Of a stretch of DNA of 64,000 bases, positions 39,400 through 53,140 are shown piece after piece (the stretch's first letter is position 1; every line of letters begins with the position of its first letter). The stretch spans positions 39,246,001 to 39,310,000 of the forward strand of contig OY740790.1 in the NCBI GenBank assembly GCA_963514005.1, read 5' to 3'. Source of the DNA: Raja brachyura (taxonomy: Eukaryota). The translations under genes were made by a program, and so were the position numbers. Below the pieces are notes generated by a model that was given only the letters and a program-made list of their open reading frames with translations, was not told the origin of the DNA and did not search any database.

Positions 39400-40385
39400 T
39401 CAGGAAATAAGTGGTTGTAGGTTGACAAAACTTCATTAAGCACTTGTTCAGAATCATTCATAATGAAACCATTCACTAATGTCTAAGGGAATACCAAATC
39501 TGCAAAGCAAAGATCCTCTATAAATCTCTCACCACTGTGCAACACTGACATTGACAATAAAGGTCCTTCATGAAACATTGGAAATCATGGACCAATTCTC
39601 ATATCTTGAGAGGCACATCTTAGTGAAGGTAAACTCTAGTGAAATTCATCTTCATCTTAAGTGAATCAACACAGCCTCTGGCTGTCTGGACAAAACAGTG
39701 CCTTAGGTCAAGACATTGAACCTGGTACAAAGCTCACATTCTTTCTGATGGCATTGACAATTAGCTTCTTGTAAGCTTCAAAGAAAGCTCTACCTGCAGC
39801 AGGTACCTCAAAGTACAAGGAAGAAAGCACCAAATCCTTTATATAAAGTGCAGACTAAATGAACTAACATCAGTATCCTTTCCCGGCATTGAGGCTCTCA
39901 GTACACTCAGCTGGCTCTGTTGGGCAGATCACATTATATGACACCAAAATGACAAAATAGGCATTCTGTTCTAAACTTTATCAAAACATAAGAGTACTAG
40001 AAGAACAGAGGAAATATTTCAAGGACCTTCTCAAAGCCTGCTTTCAAAAGTGTGATATCCCAATGGTGAATGAGCATTCAGGATGGCAGCAAGATCTTTA
40101 GTCTGAATGTCAAGAACCCCAGCATAAATGACAGACAAAGCCCATCACCTTCCAAACTGCCAAAACCTTCACCCTAGTAAGCTCCTTCTGTCCGAACTGT
40201 GGTAGAATCTGTGGTTCCTACATTGATCTCAATTAACTCCTCAGGATCCACTGGAGACAAGGCATCATCAGCCCCTGCTGCAAAAGAAGAAAATTACACA
40301 AAAAGATGAAAAGAAGAAAGGAAGATAAGAAAAGGAGAAGAAAGAAGATGAGGATGAGGAAATGGAAGAAGAAGAGGTAGAAATA
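39400..40385 (+). mobile_element. Degenerate RTE (BovB-like) LINE 3' part with GAA-rich tail
   Basis: EIMDQFSYL (RTE VD-F-YLGS), C-terminal CPNCGRICGSYI zinc finger at ~40188-40225, and a GAA-rich tract at 40285-40380. Confidence 0.6.
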
Positions 40386-42371
40386 CTTCATCTTACTAAC
40401 TTTGAGGGAGGGGTTGTTGGCTTGACAACATTTTACTAACTTTCCATCTCCTACCTGTACTAAATCATGTCATTGTTCGAGATGTAACTCATGATTCACC
40501 TCTGCAAATGTGTAAATGGAGACAATGCAGAATTTGGCCGCATGGTCATGAGTATATAGGGAGTGTAGAAAGGTGTTGAGAATTATCACAGGGAATGTTT
40601 TGTCACTTTCCCTTATTGATTATGATCCATGGATCAGGAAGTCAATGATCCAGTTGCAAAGGGAGGTGCTAAAGTCCTAAATTCAGGAGTTTCTGGGGAT
40701 TATAATGTGAATGTTTGATCTTGTTCAATGGTCTGTAGGAAGGTCTCAAATAGTTAATAATGACCCCACATTTAGTGTAAAAAATTGTGAAATTAGAACA
40801 GTTGCCCAATTTGCTCTTTTCATTTAATCAATGGGAAATTTGGGTGATGAGCAAAATGAACAGCTAACTCATATAATTATTTATGCAGCAGCAACTTTCA
40901 AACCTCCATCAATATATCAAAATGAGGTTAAAATAAACAAATGTCCACTACAGTTAATATATATATTACTTATATTCATCTTATATTACAATTTATATAA
41001 ACTAACAACCCGACCAGGCATCTGTCCTATTAAAGCATATTTATCAGTACAATTTCACCTAGCATCTTGTTCAGCCTTTCATCTTATTGGTAATTTATCA
41101 GCTCTTTACAAGACCCATACCGGGAATATTAACCAGGAAACAACACACTATTTTGTCTATTGTAAAGAGTACAAGTGTTCAAATTATTTAGCTGGTGTTT
41201 TTTTTATAGAACAAGTTTCTCATCCACGTAAGCACAAAAAGAGACAGCATGTAACATTATTAAATAGGTAATTTCCCACAGTTTTATATACACATATCGT
41301 GTACATTCTCTTCAAAGTAAACTGAAACAGAAATACAATGTTCTCATTTTGATTTTGTCTTATCACTGATTAAAGTAAAGGAACAGTAATTGTCACCTGT
41401 AGTTCATGAATATAGGAACACCTTAAGGTACTACAATGGCTTCTGAAGAAATATTTGACTAAATTTGATGTTTAGGAATACTTTAGGAAATGTTGGTGAT
41501 TAATGCTGAGATGACCTAATCTACTCTTGTATATAGATTTTGTCCAAGAAAGGGGCAAGCTATCCTGCCTTATGCTCTGTTTAATTGTAAACAAATCAAT
41601 AGAAGCCCAACAATTAATATTGAAAATCCTTTTCTTTTTACCCTGATCGTATTCCACGTGCAAGTAAATGGCAGTGAAATGTTCTTCTGCAAGACTATGC
41701 TTGAACTTTGAATAAAATGAAACTCTAAAGATCTGCTTATCCCACAATGATTGGCACGATGCATTGTATGGTACTTGATGAGAAGGCTTAAGCTTTCTTT
41801 TGTCTAAGAACATTTAAAGAGTATAATGTGAGGGAACCCGGGCTGCACAATTCGAATTTAGTTTGCTCCGCCGATGATACAACCTCTTGAAATTCGGCAG
41901 ATTTAAGGACCTATAGGAACTATTCAAGTACAGGTTCTTTTATTTTGTAGTTAATAACAGGGTGAAGTAATTGAAAATCTGAATTGGGACAACGCATGCT
42001 AAACAGAGCTGCTGTGCATTATTAGCCTAATAACACATGGGTCTACACATTATATCTGAAACGTGTGAAATCTGCAGGATTTCAGACTGGAGAAGAGTAT
42101 AATTACACACCGAAGACTAATCAGTCAAATAAAACATTCAATCTAGTATATATAAAACACTCTACTTTGTACCTTTGAAGTGCTTAAAAAATTACAGAGG
42201 TAAAATCCCAGGTTAGAAAGGTTATGGAAACTGGAATACACTGTAATAAAATAAAAAATAAAAATCAATAGGCTTAAAATGTTGTTGAATCCTCAACCCA
42301 AAGCAATTTGCCTTACACAAGAGGTCATTTTGATATTGTTAAAAAATAAATAAATATGTGTACATAAAACT

Positions 42372-42802
42372 TTTCTGAAAGTAAGCATGCAGGTACAGCA
42401 AGCAGTGAAGAAAGTTAATGAAAGGCATGTTGACCTTCATAACAAGGGGAGTTGAGTATAGGAGCAAAGAGGTCCTTCTGCAGTTGTACAGGGCCCTAGT
42501 GAGACCACACCTGTAGTGTTGTGTGCAGGTTTGGGCTCCAAATTTGAGGAAGGACATTCTTGCAATTGAGAGAGTGCAGCATAGGTTCACCAGGTTAATT
42601 CCCGTGATTTCGGGACTGTCGTTTCTCTGTATACTTTCAAGAGAGAGTTGGATAGAGCTCTTAAAGATAGTGGAGTCAAGGGATATGGGGAGAAGGCAGG
42701 AATGGTGTGCTGATTGTGGATGAACTGCCATGAACACAGTGAATGGCGGTGCTGGCTCGAAGGGCCGAATCACCTACTCCTGCACCTATTGTCTATTGTC
42801 TA
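42372..42802 (+). mobile_element. CR1 3' fragment with internal deletion
   Basis: LQLYRALVRPHL...QVWAPNLRKDILAIERVQHRFTRLIP, joined directly to the CR1 3' UTR. Confidence 0.88.
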
Positions 42803-42889
42803 ATAGTTTTCACTTTGCTTTCACCTTGACTCATTACTGTGTGGAAAGATAAACGATTATCACTTCAGACTTGGAACCCTTCATCGCAA

Positions 42890-43030
42890 CTTTTGATGAA
42901 AGGCCCTGGAACTGAAAAATCAACTCTGTTTCTCTTTCCGAAGAGACAGCCTGACCTGCTGAGTGTTTTCAACATTCCAGCTTTTATTCCAGATTTCCAG
43001 AATCTGCCTTCAGCTTTTCTATTTTTTGTT
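42890..43030 (+). mobile_element. Degenerate PLE terminal-repeat fragment
   Basis: TTGATGAAAGGCCCTGGAACTGAAAA...GCCTGACCTGCTGAGT. Confidence 0.5.
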
Positions 43031-43189
43031 TTTGAACTAGCTGGGCATTGTGGTACAAACATTAATTGTCCCAAAAATATCAGAAATTGCCCTTTGTAAA
43101 CAGTTTTTAATCAAAGTAATCACTACGTTTTGCTGTGTTTTCATTATGAGCTTTATAAAAACAAATTCACAAGTATAAAGAAGATTATT

Positions 43190-43505
43190 TTTAGTTTTGG
43201 TCTTAGTTTGAGCTTTGGAGATACAATGGGGAAATGGGTCTTTTGGCCCATCGAGTCCACGCTGACCCTTGATCACCTGTACATTAGACCTCTGTTATTC
43301 CTCTTTCGCATCCTCCATGTTGGGCGCAGTTTACAGAAGCCAATTAACCTACAAACCTGCACAAATCTTTGGAATGTGGGAGGAAACCAGGGAATGCAGA
43401 GAAAACCCACGTGGTTACAGGGGAAATGTATAAACTCCGCACAGACAGTACCCGTAGTCAGGATTGAACCTGGATCTCTGGCAAGGTGAGGCAGCAACTG
43501 TGCTA
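43190..43505 (-). mobile_element. tRNA-derived SINE
   Basis: GCCAATTAACCTACAAACC...GGAATGTGGGAGGAAACC...AGGATTGAACC. Confidence 0.8.
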
Positions 43506-44079
43506 CCTTGATTTTCTCTCTTGATAACAACTCTAAAATTGTTTGTGGCCCTTGCTCTGATTCACCCACAAGAAGACATTTCTATCTTCCCTTCCTTTAA
43601 CCTCATCTGCAATAATTCTAATTTGCCAAGATTAATATACCTTTCACATAATTTAATGACCAGAACTAAGTCTAAAACAATAGATAATGTGAAACCAAGT
43701 CCTTAAACAACTAAAACACCAATTCCTCATATGGAATTTTTGTAGCTGTCTTCTAGCATTTGGCAATTTATTAATCGTAAGTGGAACTACTTGCTGCATT
43801 ATCGGTCTTATTTTCGAAGTCTTACTTATGTTTCGCAGATCCAGAATATTTACCATCACAAATATAGATTTCTGGAAGTCCCTACATTACACCTCAGCAT
43901 TCATAGAACAGACCTCTAAATCCTATACCTCTTGTTTTTGAATCTCTCCCTGGTTTATTCCTCTAGTTCCATGTTAGGCAAAATTACAGTCCTTAATTTA
44001 TATGCTTTTGAGTTCACCAAATTTAATGGCCATTTATTAATCTGCCAAAAATGCATTGCTTTGTTTTAATTAATTTTCT

Positions 44080-45760
44080 TACGATGTGGCCATAGGCTGG
44101 AAAGCCAATGATTTAATACCTATCTCTAACTTCCTTTGGAAATAAATTAACACATCTTCAACAATGCAGGGTCAAATCCTGCAAGCATTTTTCCAACAAC
44201 ATTGGACCATTTCTAGAAGGTGGCTCAATCAAGAGAATTGCTTCAGTTCCCTGGTGAAACCCCTGGTGAAAGTATTCCCCCGATGTTGGGTGAATATCTG
44301 CTCAGAGGACTTGGCTCTGCTCTCTGCCAACAACACTGTGGGAACACTTTCACCAGAAGAACTGTAGCCATTCAACAAGATGGCTTCTTGATGAGCTATC
44401 TTTTTCAACAACTGCAATCCACTGTTCTTGGGCAGCGCATTGGATTTAGATTCAGTTAAGTGAAGGGGTTATGATTTATTTCTAATTCAGGGTGGCGTGC
44501 GAAGTAAAGAGGAACCTGCATAGTGGTAGCCTTCCTATATGCTTGCTTCTCCTGTTCATCCTGCTGGTTGTGGTCATAGATGTTGGAGTTGCAAAGCATA
44601 TAATTGCAGTACACTTTATGGATGGTGCACATTCCACACCCAGGTGGATAGATTGATCATTGAGGGTGGTGGAATGTATGCCAATTATGACCTCTTATTT
44701 TGTCATGAATTATATTGTGGTTCTTGAGTATTGTTGATGCTTTACTCATCTGGACAACTGAGATAATTCAATTACAGTCTAGTTTGTGCCTTAAAGGTGA
44801 TGGAATGCTTTGAGGGAATCAGGAGATGAGTAATATGTTGTAAGATACCAGAGGACTGGGATCTGCTCCTGTAGCCACAATATATAGGTGTTGGAAGGAA
44901 CTGCAGGTGCTGGTTTAAACCAAAGATAGGCACAAAATGCTGGAGCAACTCAGCGGGACAGGCAGCATCTCTGCAGAGAAGGAACGGGTGAAGCTCCTTC
45001 AGACTGAGGGTCACGGGAAAGGGAAACAAGAGATATAAATGGTGACGTAGAGAGATATAGAACAGATGAATGAAAGATATGCCAAAAAGTAATGATGATA
45101 AAGGAAACTGGCCATTATAAGTGTTTGCTAGGTGAGAACAAGAATCTGGTGTGACTTGGGTGGGGGACGGATGGAGAGAGAGGGAATTCAGAGGTTACTT
45201 GAAGTTAGATAAATCAATATTCATACTATTATATGTGTTGGTCCATTTGAGTTTATGTTCAGTGTGTTCAGATCTTGGTGTGTTGGTGTGTCACACTTGA
45301 TGATGCTAATGTAATTGACTGTCAAAGGTGCATGGTTAGATTTACTCTTGTTGGAGATGGACATGACTTATTATTATTATTAACTGACCACAGAACAACC
45401 ATTGCCTTCGTGCAAGATCTGTTGACATGTAGGCATGAATTGTTTAATTTTATGAGGAGCTGCAAGTTAAATTGAACTTTCTGGAATCATTAGTGAATAC
45501 CCCACCTCTGTCTTCATGAGTGAAGGAAGGACATTGATAAAGAGGCTGAAGATGATTGAGCCAAGGTTGGTGCCTTAATGAGTTCCTGCAGTGATATTCT
45601 GTTGCCAGATAATTAGCCCCAACATACACAAGTATCTTCCTTTGTGCAAGATATAACTCCAACAATGGGATAGTTTTCCTCAATGCCCGCTGCTGAGTTT
45701 TAATAAGGTTCCTTGGTAGTACACATTGTCACGTGTTGGCTTGACGTCAACAACCTCTCT
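44080..45760 (-). mobile_element. Old CR1/L2-type LINE remnant with nested PLE
   Basis: Highly degenerate LINE-like sequence; its terminal block resembles 4440-4530 and 47870-48010. Confidence 0.35.
44887..45227 (-). mobile_element. PLE 3' end (ORF terminus and terminal repeat)
   Basis: The minus strand reads SMNIDLSNFK* and then the terminal repeat CAGTCTGAAGG...GATGCTGCCTGTCCCGCTGAG. Confidence 0.8.
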
Positions 45761-45914
45761 ACCTCTCTTTATTCTTTAAGATGTCCCATAAATCAAGCCT
45801 TTGGTTATCTGCCCTAATATGCTTTTACATAACTGTGGGTTAGCTTTGTGCTTGAAAACTTTTCTGTGAAGCACCGTGGGGGAGCATTGCACAGGTAGGA
45901 CACAGGGTATAAAG

Positions 45915-46345
45915 GATGGGGTGGTTCAACCCAACGGTATCAATATTGGATTCTCCAATTTGAAGTAACTACTTAACTCTCTCCATCTCCCTTCTTCTCC
46001 TATGTACACCCCCCCCCCCTTCTTTCCCCCTGTTCCTCTCCCCTGTGACCCACCTGTGCTTCACCTGGACCCACATATTTCTCCACTCCCCTCCCTTTCC
46101 ACCTCCATTCCATCCTATAGCTTCACAATTTGCAACTCTTCAATCCTTTCATCCTATACCTTCTGTCATTTCATCTCAATCCAGCCATCTGCCTATCCAA
46201 CAATCCTCATCTGTCTTAGCTGTTAGTGCCTTCTCTTTTTTAGCTCCTCACCCCCTCTAAAATAAGTCTGAAGGGTCCAGACTGGAAACATTGCATATCC
46301 TTGTTCTTCTGAGATGCTGCCTGACCAGCACTCTGTGGGTTCTTT
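45915..46345 (+). mobile_element. PLE 3' end
   Basis: QPNGINIGFSNLK*, then a C/T-rich tract and GTCTGAAGGGTCCAGACTGGAAAC. Confidence 0.7.
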
Positions 46346-48079
46346 ATATTATGTGCCTGATATGAACATACATATCCTATAGGACTTTTTAACAACTCTA
46401 ACTGTGGATTTAAACCCCAGGGTCCCGTCTGGTCCTCTCCATTTCTCAGCATTCTCACAGTTTTTATATTTGTCCAACCCCTGTTGAATTTATCAAAATA
46501 TATCACCCCATACGTGTTAGGATTATATTCTATCTGTCAACATCGCTCAATTTTCTATCTATATATCCTGCTGTAGATTTATACAACCTTTCTCTCTAAA
46601 CACAACACGAACGTACATGTTTATCCGCATGTTAAATTCCATTCACTTTCTTTTCTCAAGTAGTTGACATACATTTGATGTTCTTTCAGTAGATGTGGCT
46701 TTAATTTCGAATTGCAAAAAGAACACAAATGTTGCAGACACCAATAAATTCTCATAATTAATTCAACCCTGTTAATCTTTTGATGTATCCTAGCAGTTGA
46801 ACGAATAGCTCAGGAAACAACCATAATGATTCAACGGGGTAATTTATCAACTTGCCATGCAATGTAACACTGGTGTTGTGGATCGTTTGCCCATTCTAAA
46901 AAAAAAGATTTAAATTTATCCTAGAAGTAGTAGAAATTAAGATTGAGCAGATGAAGATTGGGGGGTCAAATGAAGGTAAATAATGTTGAGAAGATAATTT
47001 TGTAGTCTTTTGCCAGATCCTTGCACCCTCGCACAGAGGCTTATGTATAGGAAGCGTATGGCTTCAATAAAGCCAGCTTTGATTTTAGCTACCATATGAA
47101 GTACATTTATGGATGGAGGATTTAGTAAGCTCTACGTGTTCTGTTCTCCCAGAGTGAGGAGAAAGTTACATTGTGTAAAAGGTAAAGATAAATTTGGACT
47201 AAAAAAGCTATGGAACTGAAACAACCATATCACAACTGACCTTTGAATTTTGAGACATGAGGATTAGAATATAAGAATAAGTGGCATGAATTCTATTGGC
47301 ATTGGAAAATTGCAGCATTAATAGTATGCATTGTTGTAAAGTAATAGCGTTAACTTGCTCGTGAAATTGCAGTCAGTTTACAAGTTAGAACATTTTAGCT
47401 TGAGAGAAGACTAAAAAAGAAGACGGTTTAGTAATAATTTTAGTATCATTTGACTGTAAAAACTTGCCAAGAAGTAGACCACACAAGAACATGTCCAGTA
47501 AAATGAATAATGCTCCAACACTGACATAGTTCATTGACAGCAGAAAAGCTGGGTGGCTTGATTTCTTCAGAAAACATGAAAAACGTAATTAAAAAAATCA
47601 TTACCTGCTGTGCATTTCCAATGCTTCCTTTTGCAAATAAAGCCTGTCCTTTTTCCTGGTTGCAATACTCTACTTATGTTATGGTTTTGTACAGCTCATG
47701 CTAAATAAAATCTGATTATTGCCACCTGTACAACTGTCTAACTAACTCAGCAGTTGATGTACTTAGTAACACATACAAATTATTGTATATTTCCATTTCC
47801 TCCAAAGAGAAGGACTTCCATACTTCTATTCCTGAAAATAAATTGGAGTCTATTTATCATTGCTGGATCTACAGTCCCTGGGATTCCCTACACAATTGCA
47901 TCATATAGGAAAGCCTTCACTAGAAGGACTGTAGCAGTTCAAGAAGGGCAAATATGGATGAACCATCAATGATGGTTTGTAATGATATTCACATTATATA
48001 AATGAATAAGTAAAAATAATGCATCGTTCTCAATCTGGGGCATCCCATGGAGGATTATACTTAAAGTACACTGTAGGCT

Positions 48080-48345
48080 GTACAGTGGCGCAGCAATAGG
48101 GTTGCTGCCTTACAGCGCCAGAGACCCAGGTCTGATCCTGACTACAAGTGCTCTCTGTATGTACTACCTGTGACCACGTGGGCCTTTTCCAGGTGGTTCC
48201 CTCCCACATCCCAAAGATGTGCAGGTTTGCAGGTTAATTGGCTTCTGCCAATTGCCCCTAGTGTGTAGGATAGAACAAGTGTATGGGTGATCGCTGGTTG
48301 GCACGGACTCACGGCCAGTTTCCATGGTGTATCTCTGAACTACAA
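48080..48345 (+). mobile_element. tRNA-derived SINE
   Basis: GTGGCGCAGC...CAGCGCCAGAGACCCAGGTCTGATCC...CTCCCACATCCCAAAGA. Confidence 0.8.
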
Positions 48346-48513
48346 TTGAAGTGCTACTCATACATTGTAGGAAACATGGCAGCTAATTCACATGTTATTG
48401 TTATACCATAAACAACAATGTGATGTCAGATGTGAGTGGAAGGTTAAGTATTGACCATGATACAGGTTAAGTATTGACTATGATTCAGATTCCATACTCT
48501 TCTTTATAGGATA

Positions 48514-48680
48514 CTAGACTAAGGGGGGCCTGTTGGGTCCCAGCTTCACATGGGGTGGTTGGTCCCCCAACACAATATTCCACATCTCCACCAATTCCAA
48601 TATACACTCACACACACACAGGCACACACACTCACACACACATTTGCTCACATACACACAGGCATCCGGGGTTTTATAGT
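48514..48680 (-). mobile_element. Short non-autonomous Helitron, same family as 10055-11683
   Basis: CTAG terminus with subterminal hairpin GGGCC-TGTT-GGGTCCC; shares ACATGGGG..GGTCCCC..CAATATTC and the CA repeat with the larger copy. Confidence 0.55.
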
Positions 48681-48879
48681 TCCCCCCCCCCCCCCACTGC
48701 TATTTAGTGGTGCCTAAATGAATGTAGAAATAAAAGTAAAATTCAGTTGTACTTAATTACTAACTAAATTCAATGATAAAACAAGAAAGATTAACATATT
48801 GACTATATAAGTTATTCTTATTTATTTAGTAATGGGATGTTATGTGTGCTCAGAAAGTCCAGCATCTATTGGCAATGAC

Positions 48880-49185
48880 TAATCTACAGCTGGGCCATTT
48901 TGGAGACTAGTCAACAGTCAAACACATTGATGGTTCTGGCGTTGCCAGTAGATCAAACAGGGTAAGGAAGTCACACTTTGTGTGATGGACATTTGTGAAT
49001 CAGGTGGGTCCTAATAACAATCCAGCAGTTTTGTTGTCATAGTCACTGATACTAGCTTTCTACTTGTGATGTTAATTACTTGAATTTAAACTTGGTGAAC
49101 ACCATGACGGGATACATCTAATTCCAGTGAATGAATAGTCCTGGTCTCAGAAGACTAGTCCAATATTATACCTGCAATGATACTG
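48880..49185 (-). mobile_element. Ancient SINE of a second family
   Basis: Degenerate tRNA-like head (minus TTGGACTAGT) and a body block shared with ~60215-60320. Confidence 0.4.
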
Positions 49186-49652
49186 TATTGTACAAAACCA
49201 TATTTGTTGGAGAAGGCATGATGTACACTATATTTAATAACACACCCTGGAGTTTCTTTCTTCGAAGAGTTCCAAAGTTGCAAAAATAAAGTGACAATTG
49301 GCATATGTTTAAGGAACAAGTATATGAATTGCAATACATACCTGAACAATGTCAAACACAAAAGGGAAAGTGATGTTGCCCTGGTCTTTAAAATAAGTTA
49401 CGGATATGGTAAGATCCATAGTGGAGGTACATAAAATGGCCGGGCAACTTTGGAAACCTCACAATCGGGAGCAGTTTAGATTTCAACATAGGCCAAAACA
49501 CTAGGTAAAAGAGTAAGAAAGAACGTGAGAGTAAACTTGAGCAAAAATTGTAAAATTGTTGGGAATATAAAAAGGACTGCTAATGCTTCTGCGGAAAATG
49601 AAAAAATAGAAAATGATTAGTGTAGATCAGGACAGCTACAGTCATAAGAGAG

Positions 49653-50959
49653 CAGGCACGTGCCATCAGGGTAGGCAAGGTAGGCACTGCCTATCCTGAC
49701 TATAATTATAACATAGTAATAACTAAATATAAATAATAAAGACATGGGAGAATTATGCCTATGTAAGAGATCGATCTCTTAGGAAGGCATAATTCTCCGT
49801 GCCTTTCATCCGCGGCGCTTGTAACACGGGAAGGTCTGTGCAGCCCACGTGCCGTCAGCGCTGCCTGAAGCCGTCAGCTTCAAGCGGGGCTGAAAGCAGC
49901 AGAAATTCTGCCTTTGCAGCATGGTGCAGCAGTCTACTGTGCATGCGCAGCGCAAGTTTCATGGCGGGGTTTTCAAATATTGTTTGTCAATATTTTAAGT
50001 GTATGTTAGGTAACAAAGAGAGAAAAATTAAGTTTGTGTTCCAATAATGTGGTAAGTACTTTTTGTGTTTATGTTTTTAAATACTGTATTTCCCGGGGTG
50101 TGAGGGTGGGGGGAGAGCTCCTTTCACAGCGTTTGGGGAGTCTGGCCTGGGGTAAAGTTGCAGGGAGGGCACGAATGTTATGAAGGAGGGGATTGTTATA
50201 AAGGAGGGGATTGGGATATTGCACGGGTCCTTGCACGAAGGCGTGGAATGCCACCGCATTGAGGCCAGGAGGGGGAAGAGAGAGAAGTAGCTCGGGTGGC
50301 TGACCAGCCGCCAGGCCGGACAGCGGAACCAGCCGCCACCTTTGCTCCTTCTGCCAGTCCCCACTCACCTCTGGCAGCTCTCCATCTAAAAACCTCTCTC
50401 CTGCCGCTCGCTGGCCTCACTTGTGTCCTTAAATTCCGACAGCGCGATTGAGGTTACTAGGCTGTGGGAATTTAAGAATTTGCAGGAAGGCGCTGACATG
50501 AGTGAAGTCGGCGAACGGCAGGTGACAGGTGTTCCGGCGGAGAGCACTGCCAAAGGTGAGCAGGCCGGCAGAAGGCGCTGAAGTGGCGGCCAGTTCTGCT
50601 GTCGGGACCCAGTGGCCGCTCATAGCTCCCCGAGCTTCTTCTATCCCCAGCTACAGTGCGTGGCTTCGTGCCCGGAGAGCTGCAGTAGCGGTGAGTGAGT
50701 GAGATACTGGCAGTATCCCCGACACCCTCCTTCCCAACACTCGTGCCCTACCCACATCTTTACCCCTGGCACAGACTCTCCACACGCTGTGAAAGGAACT
50801 GTTCCCCCAATTGGTCTAGGACTAGGAAGCCTTGTGCAAATTGAAATGTCACTGTTTTTATTTATTTAACGGGGAGAACAATCTGCGCATGCGCTGTTCA
50901 CATTTTTTTAAAAGCGGACTGAGTGCCTACCCTGAGTAATTACCCACGGCACGTGCCTG
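49653..50959. mobile_element. Non-autonomous hAT-type DNA transposon inserted in an old CR1
   Basis: 12-bp perfect TIR CAGGCACGTGCC; 8-bp TSD TAAGAGAG at 49645-49652 and 50960-50967; subterminal GGTAGGCA repeats; no transposase ORF. Confidence 0.9.
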
Positions 50960-51469
50960 TAAGAGAGAGACTTCATCACGGAGAATGGAGAAATGAATGA
51001 GCAATTATCCAACTACTTTGTTGCTTTCAATGAAGAAAATGCAAATAATATTTCAGAAATGTTACATTTGTAGTCACAAGAGTTTGGATGAATGAGATGG
51101 GTTCTAATGCATGAATTCTAACAGGACTGATCAAACTGGTCACAGGAAGGATGCTTCCCTTGGCGCCAGTATCTAGAATGATGGGTCACAGTTGAGTGGA
51201 CACGATAAGAGATTCAGGACTGAAGTGTTGAGAAATTTCTTCACACAGAGAAGGATGAACAATCAGAAATCAGGATGTAAATGGGATCTAGAAGCCATGC
51301 CAATGAATATATTTAAGAAATATATTTCTATAAGCAAATCAAGGAGAATGAGAACAGGAATATGTTAAAGTGACACATGCTTAGCCTTGATGGTGTCAAA
51401 TGGTGGAACAAGCGCTAATGGCAAAATCATCTATTTCTGTTCATTTTTGTCTTTTTCAAGTGATTGGAA

Positions 51470-51930
51470 ACTCGGTGTCTCAACTGAGGACTGAATGGAG
51501 TGATCTGTAATGTCATGGAGAACATGATGTGAGCAGCAAATTCAATGTTCTATGTGAAGAAGTGCAGGTAATTCATTCATTTACATGAAAAGGGTTTTTT
51601 GAAGCCTTTGGATGGTGAGGATGTAAAATTAGACATGAAATTTGATTTAATCTCCTAAATGTGCTAAATGTTGTTTATTTTAATTTAAACATTGTTTTAA
51701 AATCGAACTTTTCGACATGATTCATTATAACATTTATAACCTTCCCCTATCAAAAGCTCATCCTATTTGCTCCCTTTTCCCATTTCACATTTTCTTGACA
51801 TCTTAAAACCTGTTTCTTTCCTATTTCCAGTTTTTATGAAATGATCTGAAGCATTAACATTGTTTCTCTCTCCACGGACATGTTCTGGTCTGCATTATCT
51901 TCAGATTTCCAACATCTGCAGTTTTTTTGC
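51470..51930. mobile_element. Old PLE fragments in inverted arrangement
   Basis: Degenerate PLE C-terminus on minus (~51470-51620) and terminal repeat on plus (~51830-51930). Confidence 0.35.
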
Positions 51931-53140
51931 CCTGGTATTAATAGCCACTATTTGCATCTCCTGACCATCGACAAGGCCTAGATGGCAGGAATCGCACTGA
52001 GGTTCCACCTACCAATCAAGAAAAAGATATGGACAACCCTTGAGATAGAATGACTATCCATAACTATAGCACTATAGCTTTTCCATGAACTGATGCAGTT
52101 GCCAAATTCCAGTCAATTGCCTTGGTCCATTTATTTTAAAAATGTTTTTGTTAAGTGGAAAGTTATTGAAAATCCTTGTTGGCTTTGGCTTTGTTGAAAA
52201 CTACTGCAATAATTATTCAGCAGATGAAAAGCGAAGTTTAAATGTCATCTGGATGCTGCCTAATTTACAATTGTGTTTGTCTGGGACTATATTTTAGTGT
52301 GCTATTACCACAATTACATCTGATTACATTTGAATTGTGTTAGAAACAAAATGCAGTATTGAGATAAAAACATAAGATAGGCCATGTTTTCCCCCAAAAA
52401 ATGACAACAGGATTTAATTCCCACAAATATTTCTGAGTGTCCTCTGCACTCGCTAGAGGCGAGTCAAAAGGGTGAAATATGGGGACAAAAGTGAACATTA
52501 TTGCTTAAGGTAGAACTTGATATTGGATCTTTTCCTCTCTGTCTTTGTGCACAAGAGATTTTGATCCAGTCTCATTCAGTCATGGACCTCTTTCTAGATT
52601 TTCCTTATTATAATTACATCAGCCCTTGCCCTGAGCCAAGCTTTTGAGAAACAAGCCAAATCCAGTCAACTCATTTTATAGGCTGGTTCAGAATATTTAT
52701 TAAATTGGGTCTGTTTCAACAAACTTAAAAGATAGTGACAAAGCCGCTTGGCCAAGACCTTTTTTTCGAAAAAGTATTTCTTATCTTATCTGGTTCAAAT
52801 TAAAGAGTTCATCTTTGAGTCTTTGGAGAATACGTCAGTGCAAAGATTTTATGCAGATAATGGGGAAAAACAATTACAGACAAGAATGTTATGTTCAATA
52901 TAGTTCAATGTATCAGCCCTCATTATGTGTTATTTTCTTATTATTTTCAGACAGGTAAGCAAAACCAACTGCTGTAAAGTCCAGAAGCAAAATATAACAG
53001 ATGCTGGGCATAAAAGCAGAAACTACTGGAAAACATACAAATCTGAGAAAATAACAAAATCAATGCAGGGGTGGGCTATCTGGTCCCTTCAACCCACTCC
53101 AGCATTAAATATCTTGGCACTATCTTTCCATACCTATTTG

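Noticed and set aside
40831-41271. 146-aa plus-strand ORF
   Set aside because: AT-rich, non-protein-like composition, no domain or splice support.
52498-52510. TTATTGCTTAAG, matching the 5' half of miR-137
   Set aside because: The match stops after 12 nt and no precursor hairpin is evident.
52700-52960. Open frame ending at TTTTCAG-ACAG-GTAAGC (possible exon or 4-nt microexon)
   Set aside because: No recognisable peptide and no partner exons; such splice-like words arise by chance.
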